From assembly GCA_946529105.1 (NCBI GenBank), contig CAMMYY010000018.1, positions 7,896 through 71,895 on the forward strand: 64,000 bases of DNA, in the 5' to 3' direction. The translations under genes were made by a program, and so were the position numbers. Positions 1-9,785 of the stretch are shown one piece after another. The DNA is from an uncultured Bacteroidales bacterium (GTDB taxonomy: Bacteria > Bacteroidota > Bacteroidia > Bacteroidales > UBA932). Under the pieces are notes generated by a model. The model saw only the letters and a list, made by a program, of their open reading frames with translations, did no database searches and had not been told where the DNA came from. Numbering within the stretch: the stretch's first letter is position 1; the number at the start of each line of letters is the position of its first letter.

Positions 1-1
1 C

Positions 2-808
2 AGCTGGTTCTACGGCGCCCACACGGAACTGTACTTCCTCATCGGCACCTTCGCCTTCCCGGCAGCTGTGGCCGTTTTCATCGCCCTGCTGGCCTACATC
101 CTCCTCAGAGACACCCCGCAGTCCTGCGGCCTGCCTTCCGTGGAAGCCTGGAAGAATGATTATCCCAAGAACTACTCGGTCAAACACGAAGAGACCCTCA
201 CGGCCAAGGAAATCTTCTTCCAGTACGTGCTGAACAACAAATTCCTCTGGTACATCGCCCTTGCGAACGCCTTCGTGTACATGGTCCGCTACGGTTGCCT
301 GGACTGGGCGCCCACCATCCTCACGGAAAAGGGCATCGACCTCAAGAGCGCCGGCTGGGCCTACTTCGCCTATGAATTCGCCGCCATCCCCGGAACCCTT
401 CTCTGCGGTTGGATGTCCGACAAACTCTTCAAGGGAAAACGGGCCCTCCCCACCATGCTGTTCATGGGACTGGTCCTAGTTTTCATCGTCCTCTACTGGC
501 AGTTCATCGACAACCTCACCATGGTCATTATCAGCCTAATCGGGATCGGCTTCTTCATTTACGGCCCGGTGATGCTGATCGGCGTCCAGGCGCTGGACCT
601 GGCTCCGAAGAACGCCGCCGGAACCGCCGCAGGCCTCACCGGATTCTTCGGCTATTTCCTGGGCACCTTCATCCTTGCGAATACGGTTATCGGCTGGGTG
701 GCCCAGACCGCCGGCTGGAACTGGACATTCCTCCTGCTGATCGCCGCCTGCCTGCTGGCCATCTTCTTCATGGGCCTTACCCTGAAGGAAGAGAAGCGTG
801 CAGCGTAA
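2..808 (+). CDS. glpT: Glycerol-3-phosphate transporter (MFS, OPA family), 5' partial
   Basis: Frame open from the window edge; GlpT-like motifs RYGCLDWAP, GTLLCGWMSDK, IYGPVMLIGVQALDLAPKNAAGTAAGLTGFFGY. Confidence 0.9.
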   Translation, partial: SWFYGAHTELYFLIGTFAFPAAVAVFIALLAYILLRDTPQSCGLPSVEAWKNDYPKNYSVKHEETLTAKEIFFQYVLNNKFLWYIALANAFVYMVRYGCLDWAPTILTEKGIDLKSAGWAYFAYEFAAIPGTLLCGWMSDKLFKGKRALPTMLFMGLVLVFIVLYWQFIDNLTMVIISLIGIGFFIYGPVMLIGVQALDLAPKNAAGTAAGLTGFFGYFLGTFILANTVIGWVAQTAGWNWTFLLLIAACLLAIFFMGLTLKEEKRAA

Positions 809-824
809 AACGCTGACCATTAAA

Positions 825-862
825 AAGAAAGACGCAAACCCGTAAAGGTTTGCGTCTTTCTT
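825..862. terminator. Bidirectional intrinsic terminator
   Basis: Perfect 16-bp stem aagaaagacgcaaacc / ggtttgcgtctttctt with a 6-nt loop, between convergent genes. Confidence 0.9.
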
Positions 863-877
863 ATTGGCATTCGGAAA

Positions 878-3800
878 CTACCGGACTTCCGTCACAACCA
901 GTTCCAGGCCGTCTACCCGGATATTGGCAGTACCGATGTCGGTAATCCTGAGGTTCAACTTGTCAACTCCGTCGGCAATGGTGACCGTGCAAGTAACCGT
1001 ATAGGTATTCTTGGTCGCCAGGTCTAACTTGGGAACCGAAGTCGCACTGAGTTCACCTACCGTTACGCCCGTTGTCGCGCTGGTCACCTGATGGCTGGCC
1101 AGCTGGGTATTGCTCCTGTAGGTGAAGGTAGCCGTCTTCACGCCCGCACACGGGATTCCGCTGATATCAAGATAGCCGCCATTTTTGGCTACCAGCAGAT
1201 TGTAGCGGTAGTCCTCATTGGTGATATTGGCCGCAGTATTATAGAAGACCAGGCCGTCCGCTTTCAGGGCCGTCCCGGAACCGCCTTCGGCATACGTTAC
1301 GTCCACGTTGCCAAAGGTCTTGGTTGTCCGGGCATCGGAGGCGCTGTAGGCCGAAGGCGTCTGATTGGCCGTCGCACCCTGCCACCACTCCGTGAAAAGG
1401 CTGGTTCCCACTTCAACCGAAGCTTCGGGGTCGGCCACCTTGATGTTATCCAGATACCAGCGGTTCTGCTTGCGCGTGGAAGTGACGGACGGGTCGGTAT
1501 TGGTCGGACGGATGGTGATGCGCGTTTCGGGAGTGGCACCCAGGATCTTGACCTTCGCATGCTGCCATTCGAGGGTGGTCTGGTCGCCTTCCGTCGGCTG
1601 GGCCGACTCGATATTCCCGCTTACCGCCGTTCCGGTCGCGGCAATGGTACCGCCGCCGCTCACGGTCACCGTCAGGGTCATGATATCCGGCTTGCTGGCC
1701 GCGGTCATGCACCAGGCCCAGTCGAAGCTCAGTTCCACATCCTTCGTACCCGTGACATTCTTCAGGGCAGGCAGAATGATACCGGAGTTGTAAGAAGTCT
1801 TGCCGAACTTGAGGTAGTTCTTCATCATGTACAGGGTCTGCTTGTTTCCGTTGTCCGGCGTTCCGTCAGACCAGTCCTGACCCTTCCAACCCCAGATATA
1901 GCCATAGCCACGCCGCTGCAGTTCGGCCAGGGCGGGTGCCAGGGCTTCCGTAAACATGTTCTTGGCAGAACCTACCGTGTTGGATGTAATGTCATCCGGA
2001 GCATCGGCAGACCAGGTGGAGAGCCATTCGAAGTCGTCCATGAAGTAGATACCGGCGGGATACTCGGGCTCGGGCTCCTTGCCGGCCTGCACCAGGGTGA
2101 GAACGGATTCCACTTTTTCCGCCTCATTGAAGAAGCGGACGGTTCCGGTCCGGGGTTCGGTCGATTCATTGGCCTCATAGGTCACCGTATACTCGAGCCA
2201 GTCGACAAGGGCTTTCGTTACGGGGACCGCTTCCACTTTGATCCAGGCGTCCGTCGTTTCGGCGCTCACCTCCACGTTGGACTGGACCTTGACGTCAAGG
2301 GTACCTTCCAGTTCATTCACTTCGGCCTTGTTGCCGCCGGAAATGCTCACGAAGGGATCCAGAATCTGGCCGGCAGCGCTCTGCACGACATTCACCACCT
2401 TCTCGGAGTCTTCGGACACGATGCGGATGACTCCCTGGCGGAGTTCGGAAAGCTGGCTTTCCGCGCAGGTCACTTTCACCACCAGGGGCTCACCGGCCAC
2501 GCCTTCTTCCTGATCCAGAGTAAGCCATTCGGCCGACGTGGACACGGTAAAGTCATGGTCAGAAGTGATGGTCAGTTCCTTGGGATCGCCGGGCGTTCCG
2601 TTGAAGGTGAGGAGGTCAGTGGACGTTTCGATATTGGCATATACGGGATCCTTTTCGATACCGCTGCCCTCCTTGAGGATGATGATGCTGGGTTTGTAGG
2701 TGTCGTCGTCGGGGTTGGTCACGGTCAGACGGCTGGAAGCCGTGGAACGGGCCGCCGTAGTGCCGCCGCCGCCTCTCCAAAGGACGGAACAGCGCAGACG
2801 GATCTGCAGATGCTCATTGTTCTTGCGGAAGGTGATGGGCATGATGAGCGGCTGGTTGGTGTTGTTCTCATCGGTGGCAATGTGATAAGGAGCTTCCTCA
2901 CCGGCCTCAGTCGTGTATTTCACATCAGGGGCCAGCTTCCATTCCTCTCCGTCCAGATACTCCAGCACCCAGTATTTCATGCCCCACTTGGAGGAACGCA
3001 TCTCAAAGGAAATCTGGACCTCGGTTCCTGCCTTGACGGCACCGTTTCCATAGAACAGCCAGTAGTCGTTCACCCAGGGTCCCGTCACACGGGGATTATC
3101 GGCCTGCACGTCCAGATTATAGGAGCCGGCGCCATTCGTATGTTCCAGGTCGTAAGGAACATATTCAATGTAGCCGATACCCTGGATGGGGTCGATGCGG
3201 GGCGAGTCCTTCGTAAAGGTCTTCGCATAGTTCACGTCTTTGCCCATCGCCCAGCGAAGCGGATAAGGAATGAGCGTCTCGTCGGTTCCTTCATCTTCCA
3301 CGGCGGTAGCCACCATGTAACCGGTCCCGGAGGCAACGCCGACTACAAAACCCGTCACGGTCACTTTGTGGAGGTCAACCTCGGCCATATTCAAAGACGC
3401 CAGCGGATCGATCAGCTGCACATTGGCACTTCCCACTTTGAGCGTCCCGTTCACCAGGGATCCCTTGAGCTGGACATAGAGGACGCCGCCCTTGTACTCC
3501 CCTATCTTGGAAGTCATATCGGGCGCGTCGGCATACGTTACCTCGCTGTTGGAAAGGACAGTGATTTCGTCCGTATTGAAAACGGGGCCGCCATAGAGGG
3601 TGGTCTTGGATCCGTTAAAGGAGAGGACATCGCCCAGTTTCACACCCGTGCCGGTGGCATAGATGCTGCCGCTGTCATCCTTGAGGACAAAACCGCTTTC
3701 CGTCAGGGCGATTACCTGGGCGCCGCTGACTTTGCCGACGCTTCCGTCTTCGAGGGAAGACAGTTGGGAGAGCGTGTACGTGTCCACACCATAGTAGGTG

Positions 3801-4180
3801 TCGCCGTCCTGATGGACAGTGATGATCATGCTGCGTTCACGAAAACGGCCCTGCAGGGTGATTTTCCCTTCACGGGGCGTGTCAATGACACTGCCGGTGG
3901 CATTGTCCGCCACGGAAATCGTAACGGAACCCATGCCCTGTCCGGACAGAGGAGACACCTCAATCCACGGACTGTCTACATCAATGGCCCAGTTGCCATC
4001 GGCATAGATAGAGAGGGTCTGGGACGGGGCGTCGGTAGCAGCGAAGACCACATAGGACTCGCTGGCGCCGACCGCCTTGGCTTCCCCCACCTCTTCTTTC
4101 TGATTGCAGGAGGCCAGCATAACACCGGCCGTCAAGGCTGCAAAAGAGTATATTAAAGTTCTGATTTTCATGGTCTTCAT
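878..4180 (-). CDS. Multi-BACON-domain surface lipoprotein (SGBP-like partner of SusC/D)
   Basis: Lipobox LASC after MKTMKIR; about three BACON-like repeats (W-I/L-x-V ... R-x-G-x-I/V); directly downstream of susD; ATG at 4180 preferred over the ORF-finder start. Confidence 0.75.
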   Translation of the reverse strand: MKTMKIRTLIYSFAALTAGVMLASCNQKEEVGEAKAVGASESYVVFAATDAPSQTLSIYADGNWAIDVDSPWIEVSPLSGQGMGSVTISVADNATGSVIDTPREGKITLQGRFRERSMIITVHQDGDTYYGVDTYTLSQLSSLEDGSVGKVSGAQVIALTESGFVLKDDSGSIYATGTGVKLGDVLSFNGSKTTLYGGPVFNTDEITVLSNSEVTYADAPDMTSKIGEYKGGVLYVQLKGSLVNGTLKVGSANVQLIDPLASLNMAEVDLHKVTVTGFVVGVASGTGYMVATAVEDEGTDETLIPYPLRWAMGKDVNYAKTFTKDSPRIDPIQGIGYIEYVPYDLEHTNGAGSYNLDVQADNPRVTGPWVNDYWLFYGNGAVKAGTEVQISFEMRSSKWGMKYWVLEYLDGEEWKLAPDVKYTTEAGEEAPYHIATDENNTNQPLIMPITFRKNNEHLQIRLRCSVLWRGGGGTTAARSTASSRLTVTNPDDDTYKPSIIILKEGSGIEKDPVYANIETSTDLLTFNGTPGDPKELTITSDHDFTVSTSAEWLTLDQEEGVAGEPLVVKVTCAESQLSELRQGVIRIVSEDSEKVVNVVQSAAGQILDPFVSISGGNKAEVNELEGTLDVKVQSNVEVSAETTDAWIKVEAVPVTKALVDWLEYTVTYEANESTEPRTGTVRFFNEAEKVESVLTLVQAGKEPEPEYPAGIYFMDDFEWLSTWSADAPDDITSNTVGSAKNMFTEALAPALAELQRRGYGYIWGWKGQDWSDGTPDNGNKQTLYMMKNYLKFGKTSYNSGIILPALKNVTGTKDVELSFDWAWCMTAASKPDIMTLTVTVSGGGTIAATGTAVSGNIESAQPTEGDQTTLEWQHAKVKILGATPETRITIRPTNTDPSVTSTRKQNRWYLDNIKVADPEASVEVGTSLFTEWWQGATANQTPSAYSASDARTTKTFGNVDVTYAEGGSGTALKADGLVFYNTAANITNEDYRYNLLVAKNGGYLDISGIPCAGVKTATFTYRSNTQLASHQVTSATTGVTVGELSATSVPKLDLATKNTYTVTCTVTIADGVDKLNLRITDIGTANIRVDGLELVVTEVR

Positions 4181-4184
4181 CGTA

Positions 4185-6038
4185 TTATTTAGTAGCCCAG
4201 CCAGGGTTCTGGACAAGGTTCTCGTTCAACTGGAGTTCCTTCTCCGGAATCGGGTAGAAGTAATGCTTGCTCTCGTCAAAAGAGTGGCTGACAGATTTCA
4301 GGGCATCGCGCACGCCCGAGGTAGCAGGCTCGCCGCTTGCGGGATCCACCAGATAGAACACTTCGTCCGTGCCTGTCGGATTGGTTTCATCCGGATCAAA
4401 AATCTTGAACTTTGTTCCGCTGGCGGAAGAAGAACCCGTGTAGAACGTGTATTTGCTCTCATCGCCGAAATCATAGGTTCCGGGGCCCGGAATGTACATG
4501 CCATAGAAGGGCTGGTTCAGGCAGTAGCCGGCTTTCCAGCGGACGAGGTCGAAGTAACGGCCGTAGCCCTCCTGGAAGAGCTCGATGGCCCGTTCGCGAC
4601 GGATCTCAAGGATAACTCCCTGATTGGTGCCGGTCACATTGGGATAGCCGGTCGTCTCCGACATCAGGTACGGATCCGGGGTGGCATTGGCGGCGGCCAT
4701 ATCCAGATTGGGCATGCCGGCGCGGTCGCGCAGCAGCTTGATGGATTTGTCAATGTCGTCCTGCGTGAGGGTTCCCAGCTCGGCCTTGGCTTCCGCAAAG
4801 GTCAGAAGGGCCTCCGCATAGCGGTATACCGGCATGTCATTCGAGGACTGGTCGGCATAATAAGCGCCCATTGCATAAGGCTGGATGTACTTGATGGTCT
4901 GGTAACCGGTCTGGCAGTAGCTGAATTCAGGGCCGTCATTGCTGACGCCGGGGACCTTCCAGCTGTAGCCGGGGGTCCGGATGGTCTGGGCCAGGCGCGG
5001 GTCGCGGCCGCTGACTTCCTCGGCAAAGGGCTTGGTTTCCCAGCCGGGCAGGTCGGTGAAGCGGCTGCCGTCGGCCATCAGATAGGAATCCACCAGCTTC
5101 TTGGTCATGCCGAAACGGGTGGCCGTCTGGTTGGTGATTGCCCGGGAGCAGTCATGCTTGATTCCCAAAGCTGCGTCGTAATTCACAGCCAGGATAATCT
5201 CGTCGGTGGAGGCGTTGTCCGAATTGAACAGCGACAGATAGTCCGTATCGGGGTGCCCTGTATTGTGAATGGTATAGGCGTTGGAGTTCATAAGTTCCTC
5301 CGCGGCATCGGCAGCAAGCGTCAGGTAGTACTGATAGTCGTGTGTCGACCCGTCGGCTGCCGTATAGGAAGTGGCAAACGGGGCGGGGTCGCTGTGATAC
5401 TTGCGGAAAGTACCTTCGAAAAGGCAGAACTGTGCCTTCAGCATCATGGCCGTGTATTTGTTGACGCGGTAGGCGGTCTGGGGCGCAGCGGCCTTTCCGG
5501 GAAGGTCACGGATGGCGACATCAATATCCTCGATCATGTGCGAAAGAACGGTTTCACGGCTGTCTCGGGGGAAATACAGGTCCTCGTCGGCCGATCCGAT
5601 CTCATGGTCGATCCACGGAACGTCACCGAACTTGCGGACCATGTCGGCATAATAGTAAGCACGCCAGAACTTCACCAGGGCGGTGTATTCCTGAACAGCC
5701 TTGGGGTCACTGCAATTGTTGATATTGGCAAGAAGGGTATTCATCTTGCGCAGGTTGGTGAACGACCAGCCGCCGCCCGAAGCCGGGACGGTGCGGTCGT
5801 TTCCTCCGCGGATAAGCGCAGAGGGATTCATGCTCACGAAAACGTCGCTCTCTTTCTCGTAAGGCGTCTTGTCCAACAGATTGTTATAGAAGGTATTGGA
5901 GAAAAGCTGCAAGTCTTCGGCCGTCTTGAAATAAGCATCAGGCGTAAGCTGTGACTCCGGAGAGAGCGTAAGCACCCGGTCGCAGGAGGCGACAAATACA
6001 GAGGCAATGGCCAATAATATGATAGTATGCTTTTTCAT
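4185..6038 (-). CDS. susD: SusD/RagB family outer-membrane lipoprotein
   Basis: Lipobox VASC; FWRAYYY..VRKFGDVPW, YRYAEALL..AEA, EIRRERAIELFQEG.GRYFDLVRWK, C-terminal QNPGW. Confidence 0.95.
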   Translation of the reverse strand: MKKHTIILLAIASVFVASCDRVLTLSPESQLTPDAYFKTAEDLQLFSNTFYNNLLDKTPYEKESDVFVSMNPSALIRGGNDRTVPASGGGWSFTNLRKMNTLLANINNCSDPKAVQEYTALVKFWRAYYYADMVRKFGDVPWIDHEIGSADEDLYFPRDSRETVLSHMIEDIDVAIRDLPGKAAAPQTAYRVNKYTAMMLKAQFCLFEGTFRKYHSDPAPFATSYTAADGSTHDYQYYLTLAADAAEELMNSNAYTIHNTGHPDTDYLSLFNSDNASTDEIILAVNYDAALGIKHDCSRAITNQTATRFGMTKKLVDSYLMADGSRFTDLPGWETKPFAEEVSGRDPRLAQTIRTPGYSWKVPGVSNDGPEFSYCQTGYQTIKYIQPYAMGAYYADQSSNDMPVYRYAEALLTFAEAKAELGTLTQDDIDKSIKLLRDRAGMPNLDMAAANATPDPYLMSETTGYPNVTGTNQGVILEIRRERAIELFQEGYGRYFDLVRWKAGYCLNQPFYGMYIPGPGTYDFGDESKYTFYTGSSSASGTKFKIFDPDETNPTGTDEVFYLVDPASGEPATSGVRDALKSVSHSFDESKHYFYPIPEKELQLNENLVQNPGWATK

Positions 6039-6049
6039 AGTCGCTTCAT

Positions 6050-9000
6050 TTATTTAACGATACATACAGCTACACGGTTGGACTCGGCCGATGCCGAAGC
6101 ATCTTTGTCCGAGCCGACGGAAGAGTAACGGATGCGGCTTTCGGAAATGCCGGCATTCTTAAGCATACGGACAACCGATTCGGCACGGCCGCGAGAAAGC
6201 TCACTGTTCCTGCCGGCCGACCCGGTATTGGAATCGGCATAACCGGTGATAGTGATGACGGCCTGCGGATTCTCGTCCATAATCTGGCAGATGCGGCCCA
6301 GTTTCAAGGCCTCTTCGGGACGGATCTCCGTCTTGCCGATCACGAAGTACAGATCGTCGGTGTATTCACCCTGGAGGTTGTTATTCACCACTTTCTCCAC
6401 TTCGACGACCTTCTCGACAGGAACTTCCACAATCTTTTCCTTGATGACCTCGCGGACCACTTCACGCACCTCGGGAGCGAGGGTTGAAGGCTGGGCGGAG
6501 GCGGTTTTACTCTTGCCGGCCTTGCCGCCGAAAGTAATGTCCACACCCACCATGAAAGTCTTCTGCCAGGGATAGGAAGTGTTGTTGAGGTCGCTGGTAG
6601 GATTTCCGTCACGGTCGAAGCAGCTTTCCGGATCCAGATGGTCCGTTACCTTGGTGATCGGAGACCAGTAGGCAATGTTCTCACCGGAAACATAGACGCG
6701 AATCTGCTCAAAACCGATCTTGTTCAAGAGTTTCTTCGGGAGGTTATAGCCGACGGTGAGGTTCTTGAAACGCAGGTAACGGATATTCTGGATGTAGCGG
6801 TCGTTCACGCGGCCCAGTTCACCGCCGCCATTGGAGGCCACATTGGAACGGGGACGGGGGAAGTACGCATTGGGCGTCTCTTCGCTCCAGCAGTTGTCCA
6901 GGAAATTCTTGGCCAGGAAGGTAGGATAACCCAGGCTGTAGGGACCCCAGAAGTCAAAGTTGTAGCGGGAAGGATACCAGTAGTGGTTACCGGTTCCCTC
7001 GAAGAAAGCGCTTACGTCGAAACCGGCCCAGGAGAAGCCCAGCTGGAAGCCATAATGCAGACGGGGCAGCGAGTTGCCCAGATAAATCTGGTCACCGTGC
7101 TCGGCCAGGGTGTTCTTGCCGATACCGACGACGCCGTCGCCGTCCAGGTCGGCATACTTCAGGTCACCGGCCTTCCAGCCGCCGTTCAGGTTGGCGTTGA
7201 AGTAAGACTGATCTACGGCCGTGGTATATTCATGGGCCTCCTCGTCACTGGCGAAAAGGCCGTCCACATGGAAGCCCCAGATTTCACCCAGCTCCATGCC
7301 TTCGTAGTAATTGGACAGAAGCTTGGTGGCATTGTTGAAGCGGGTAATATTGGAACGGAACTCACTGAGGGAGCCTTTGACGAAGTATTCGAAATCTTTG
7401 CCGATCAGCTTGAACGAGTCTCTCCAGCTCAGGGAAAGTTCATAGCCCTTGGTGCGAAGGTCCGCCGCATTCATCTGGGGAACGCCGGCGCCATAGACGG
7501 CGGGGAGATCCATGCCGTCCGTAAGCATGCCGTCGGTGTCGCGGATGTAGGCCTCGCCGGTGAACTCGAGTTTGTTCCCGAAGAAAGCCAGGTCTACGCC
7601 CAGGTTGGTCTGCTTGGAGGTTTCCCAGGTCTTGTCGGAGGCCACCGGATCGTCCAGGTAGGTATACCGGGCCATGGTGGCGTCGCCGAAGTTATACCCG
7701 GCGAACGTCTTGAAGTTTACCAGGCGGATGTAGGAGAAGTTCGCCACATTCTGGTTGCCCAGGGTGCCGTAGGAAGCCCTGATCTTGAAGTTGTTCACCA
7801 CAGGCCTGATCGCGGCGAAGAAAGGTTCCTCGCTGATGCGCCAGCCGACGGATACGGAGGGGAAGAAGCCCCACTTGTGACCGGCGGAGAAGCGGGAAGA
7901 ACCATCATAACGGGCCGACGTTTCAAACAGATAGCGTCCTTTATAGTCATAGTTCAGACGGCCGAAGAAACCGCTCATCCGCCAGGCAGACTGGTTGCCG
8001 CCCACTTCGGGAGCACGGGTGTCCGTGGAGATGAGGGCCAGGTCTGACAGTTCGGACGTGATGAGGTCGTACCCCTTTGCATACACTCTCTTGTAGTGAT
8101 AGTCGTCATAGTTGAAACCGCCCATCACCTTCAGGTTGTGTGCATCGGCGAAGCTGTGTTCGTAAGTGGCATAAGCGTTCACGGTCTGGCGGACATATTC
8201 CTGGACGGACTCCGTCATGTAGTTGTCGAACGCACCGGTATTCTGATACGTGGCCGTCACACCGGGGTACTGGGAATAGGTAAGGACATTGCGCCGGTGC
8301 GTGTCGTGGTTGTTATAGGTACGGTACGTGTAATTGGCCCTGAGCGAAAGCCCTTTGAGGGGCGTAAGGACGAGTTCCGTGGTGTTGGTCAGGTCAGTGC
8401 GCTTCTGAATGTTCAGATTGTTGGAGGCGAAAGCCCAGTGACGGCCGTTGGCCACACGGTAACCCAGCGCATCTACACTGTAAAGCCATGTCCCGTCAGG
8501 GTTCTGAAGCGGGAAACAGGCCGGAGCATGACGGTCGCCGAGAGCAAAGGAATCCTGAATGTCAGCTATGCCGGGATAATCGTAGGTTCCTACAAAGAAG
8601 TTGGTATTGTTGCTGATGCTGGCCCACGGGGTAATCCGGGCGTCGATCTTGGCGCGCAGATTGTATTTCTGATACACGTCGGGACGGACCTTTACCATAC
8701 CCTGCTGCCGGTCGTACTGGCCGGAGAGGTAGTACTTGACATCCTTCGAGCCGCCGCTCACGCTGACGCTGTGGTTGGTGGTCGGGTGTACGTCATTGTA
8801 CAGTTCATGCCACCAGTCGGTGTTGGCATAGTACTTATACTTGCCGTCCTTGATGACGACCCAGGGACGTTCAGGGTTCTCGGTCTTATCGTTGATACGG
8901 CTCAGGAGTTCCATCATGTCTTCCTGCGTGTAGTTCACATAATTGGAACCCTTGCTCTCGTACCAGAACTTGTTCAGGGTGTACACGGACCAGTAACCCG

Positions 9001-9772
9001 TGGTTTCCCAGTCGGTGGAGGTAGTGGGCATTTCCACACCCCAGCGGCCGCTGTAACGCACCCTGGCGCTCTCGTCCGCCTTGCCGCTCTTGGTGGTGAC
9101 AAGAATGACACCGTAAGCGGCGCGGGCACCGTAAACGGCTGCGGAGGACGCATCCTTGATGACGGAGATGGATGCAACATCCTGGGGATTGATGCGGTTG
9201 AGGCTGCCCTCGACGCCGTCGATAAGGACCAGCGGATCACCGCCGTTGATGGAGGTGTAACCACGGATGTTGAGGGAACCGGTAGAACCGGGATTACCAC
9301 TGGACGTGGTGATGTTCAGGCCCGGAACCGATCCCTGCAGCATGGTGGACAGATTATGGGCGGTACGGTTTTCCAGCTGGGAACTCTCCACGGCAGTCAC
9401 GGCGCCGGTGAGATTCACTTTTTTCTGAACGCCGTAACCGACCACCACTGTCTCTTCCAACATCATGTTGTCCTCCTGGAGGACTACATTCACGCGGCTC
9501 TGGGACGCGGGGACGTTTACCTGAGTGGTTACATAACCCAGGCAGGATACCTCGAAGGCAACCTGCCGGTCATCCACACGGATGGAGAAGGCACCGTCCG
9601 CTCCGGTCACTGCGGCATTGTTGGTACCGGGGACCATGACGACAGCGCCCACCACCGGTGCGCCGCCCGTATCCTGGACGACGCCCGTGACAACCCGGTT
9701 CTGGGCATTCAGGGACCAGAGGGCTCCCAAGGCCAAAACCAGGGAAACAGCAATTCGTTTAATCTGTCTCAT
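6050..9772 (-). CDS. susC: SusC/RagA TonB-dependent transporter with fused C-terminal OmpA-like domain
   Basis: LEETVVVGYG, KDASSAAVYGARAAYGVILVTTK, RYDGSSRF, WGFFPSVSVGW; barrel ends at VGVDITF and is followed by 159 extra aa containing GYADSNTG..RNSELSRGRAESV. Confidence 0.95.
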   Translation of the reverse strand: MRQIKRIAVSLVLALGALWSLNAQNRVVTGVVQDTGGAPVVGAVVMVPGTNNAAVTGADGAFSIRVDDRQVAFEVSCLGYVTTQVNVPASQSRVNVVLQEDNMMLEETVVVGYGVQKKVNLTGAVTAVESSQLENRTAHNLSTMLQGSVPGLNITTSSGNPGSTGSLNIRGYTSINGGDPLVLIDGVEGSLNRINPQDVASISVIKDASSAAVYGARAAYGVILVTTKSGKADESARVRYSGRWGVEMPTTSTDWETTGYWSVYTLNKFWYESKGSNYVNYTQEDMMELLSRINDKTENPERPWVVIKDGKYKYYANTDWWHELYNDVHPTTNHSVSVSGGSKDVKYYLSGQYDRQQGMVKVRPDVYQKYNLRAKIDARITPWASISNNTNFFVGTYDYPGIADIQDSFALGDRHAPACFPLQNPDGTWLYSVDALGYRVANGRHWAFASNNLNIQKRTDLTNTTELVLTPLKGLSLRANYTYRTYNNHDTHRRNVLTYSQYPGVTATYQNTGAFDNYMTESVQEYVRQTVNAYATYEHSFADAHNLKVMGGFNYDDYHYKRVYAKGYDLITSELSDLALISTDTRAPEVGGNQSAWRMSGFFGRLNYDYKGRYLFETSARYDGSSRFSAGHKWGFFPSVSVGWRISEEPFFAAIRPVVNNFKIRASYGTLGNQNVANFSYIRLVNFKTFAGYNFGDATMARYTYLDDPVASDKTWETSKQTNLGVDLAFFGNKLEFTGEAYIRDTDGMLTDGMDLPAVYGAGVPQMNAADLRTKGYELSLSWRDSFKLIGKDFEYFVKGSLSEFRSNITRFNNATKLLSNYYEGMELGEIWGFHVDGLFASDEEAHEYTTAVDQSYFNANLNGGWKAGDLKYADLDGDGVVGIGKNTLAEHGDQIYLGNSLPRLHYGFQLGFSWAGFDVSAFFEGTGNHYWYPSRYNFDFWGPYSLGYPTFLAKNFLDNCWSEETPNAYFPRPRSNVASNGGGELGRVNDRYIQNIRYLRFKNLTVGYNLPKKLLNKIGFEQIRVYVSGENIAYWSPITKVTDHLDPESCFDRDGNPTSDLNNTSYPWQKTFMVGVDITFGGKAGKSKTASAQPSTLAPEVREVVREVIKEKIVEVPVEKVVEVEKVVNNNLQGEYTDDLYFVIGKTEIRPEEALKLGRICQIMDENPQAVITITGYADSNTGSAGRNSELSRGRAESVVRMLKNAGISESRIRYSSVGSDKDASASAESNRVAVCIVK

Positions 9773-9785
9773 AGTTTATATTGGA

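Noticed and set aside
1091-4156. 1021-aa plus-strand ORF and similar long antisense ORFs (e.g. 4104-5954, 9582-11717, 21638-23752, 42538-44622, 51979-54279)
   Set aside because: Shadow frames opposite well-supported genes, expected from high-GC codon bias; no recognisable motifs or initiation signals.
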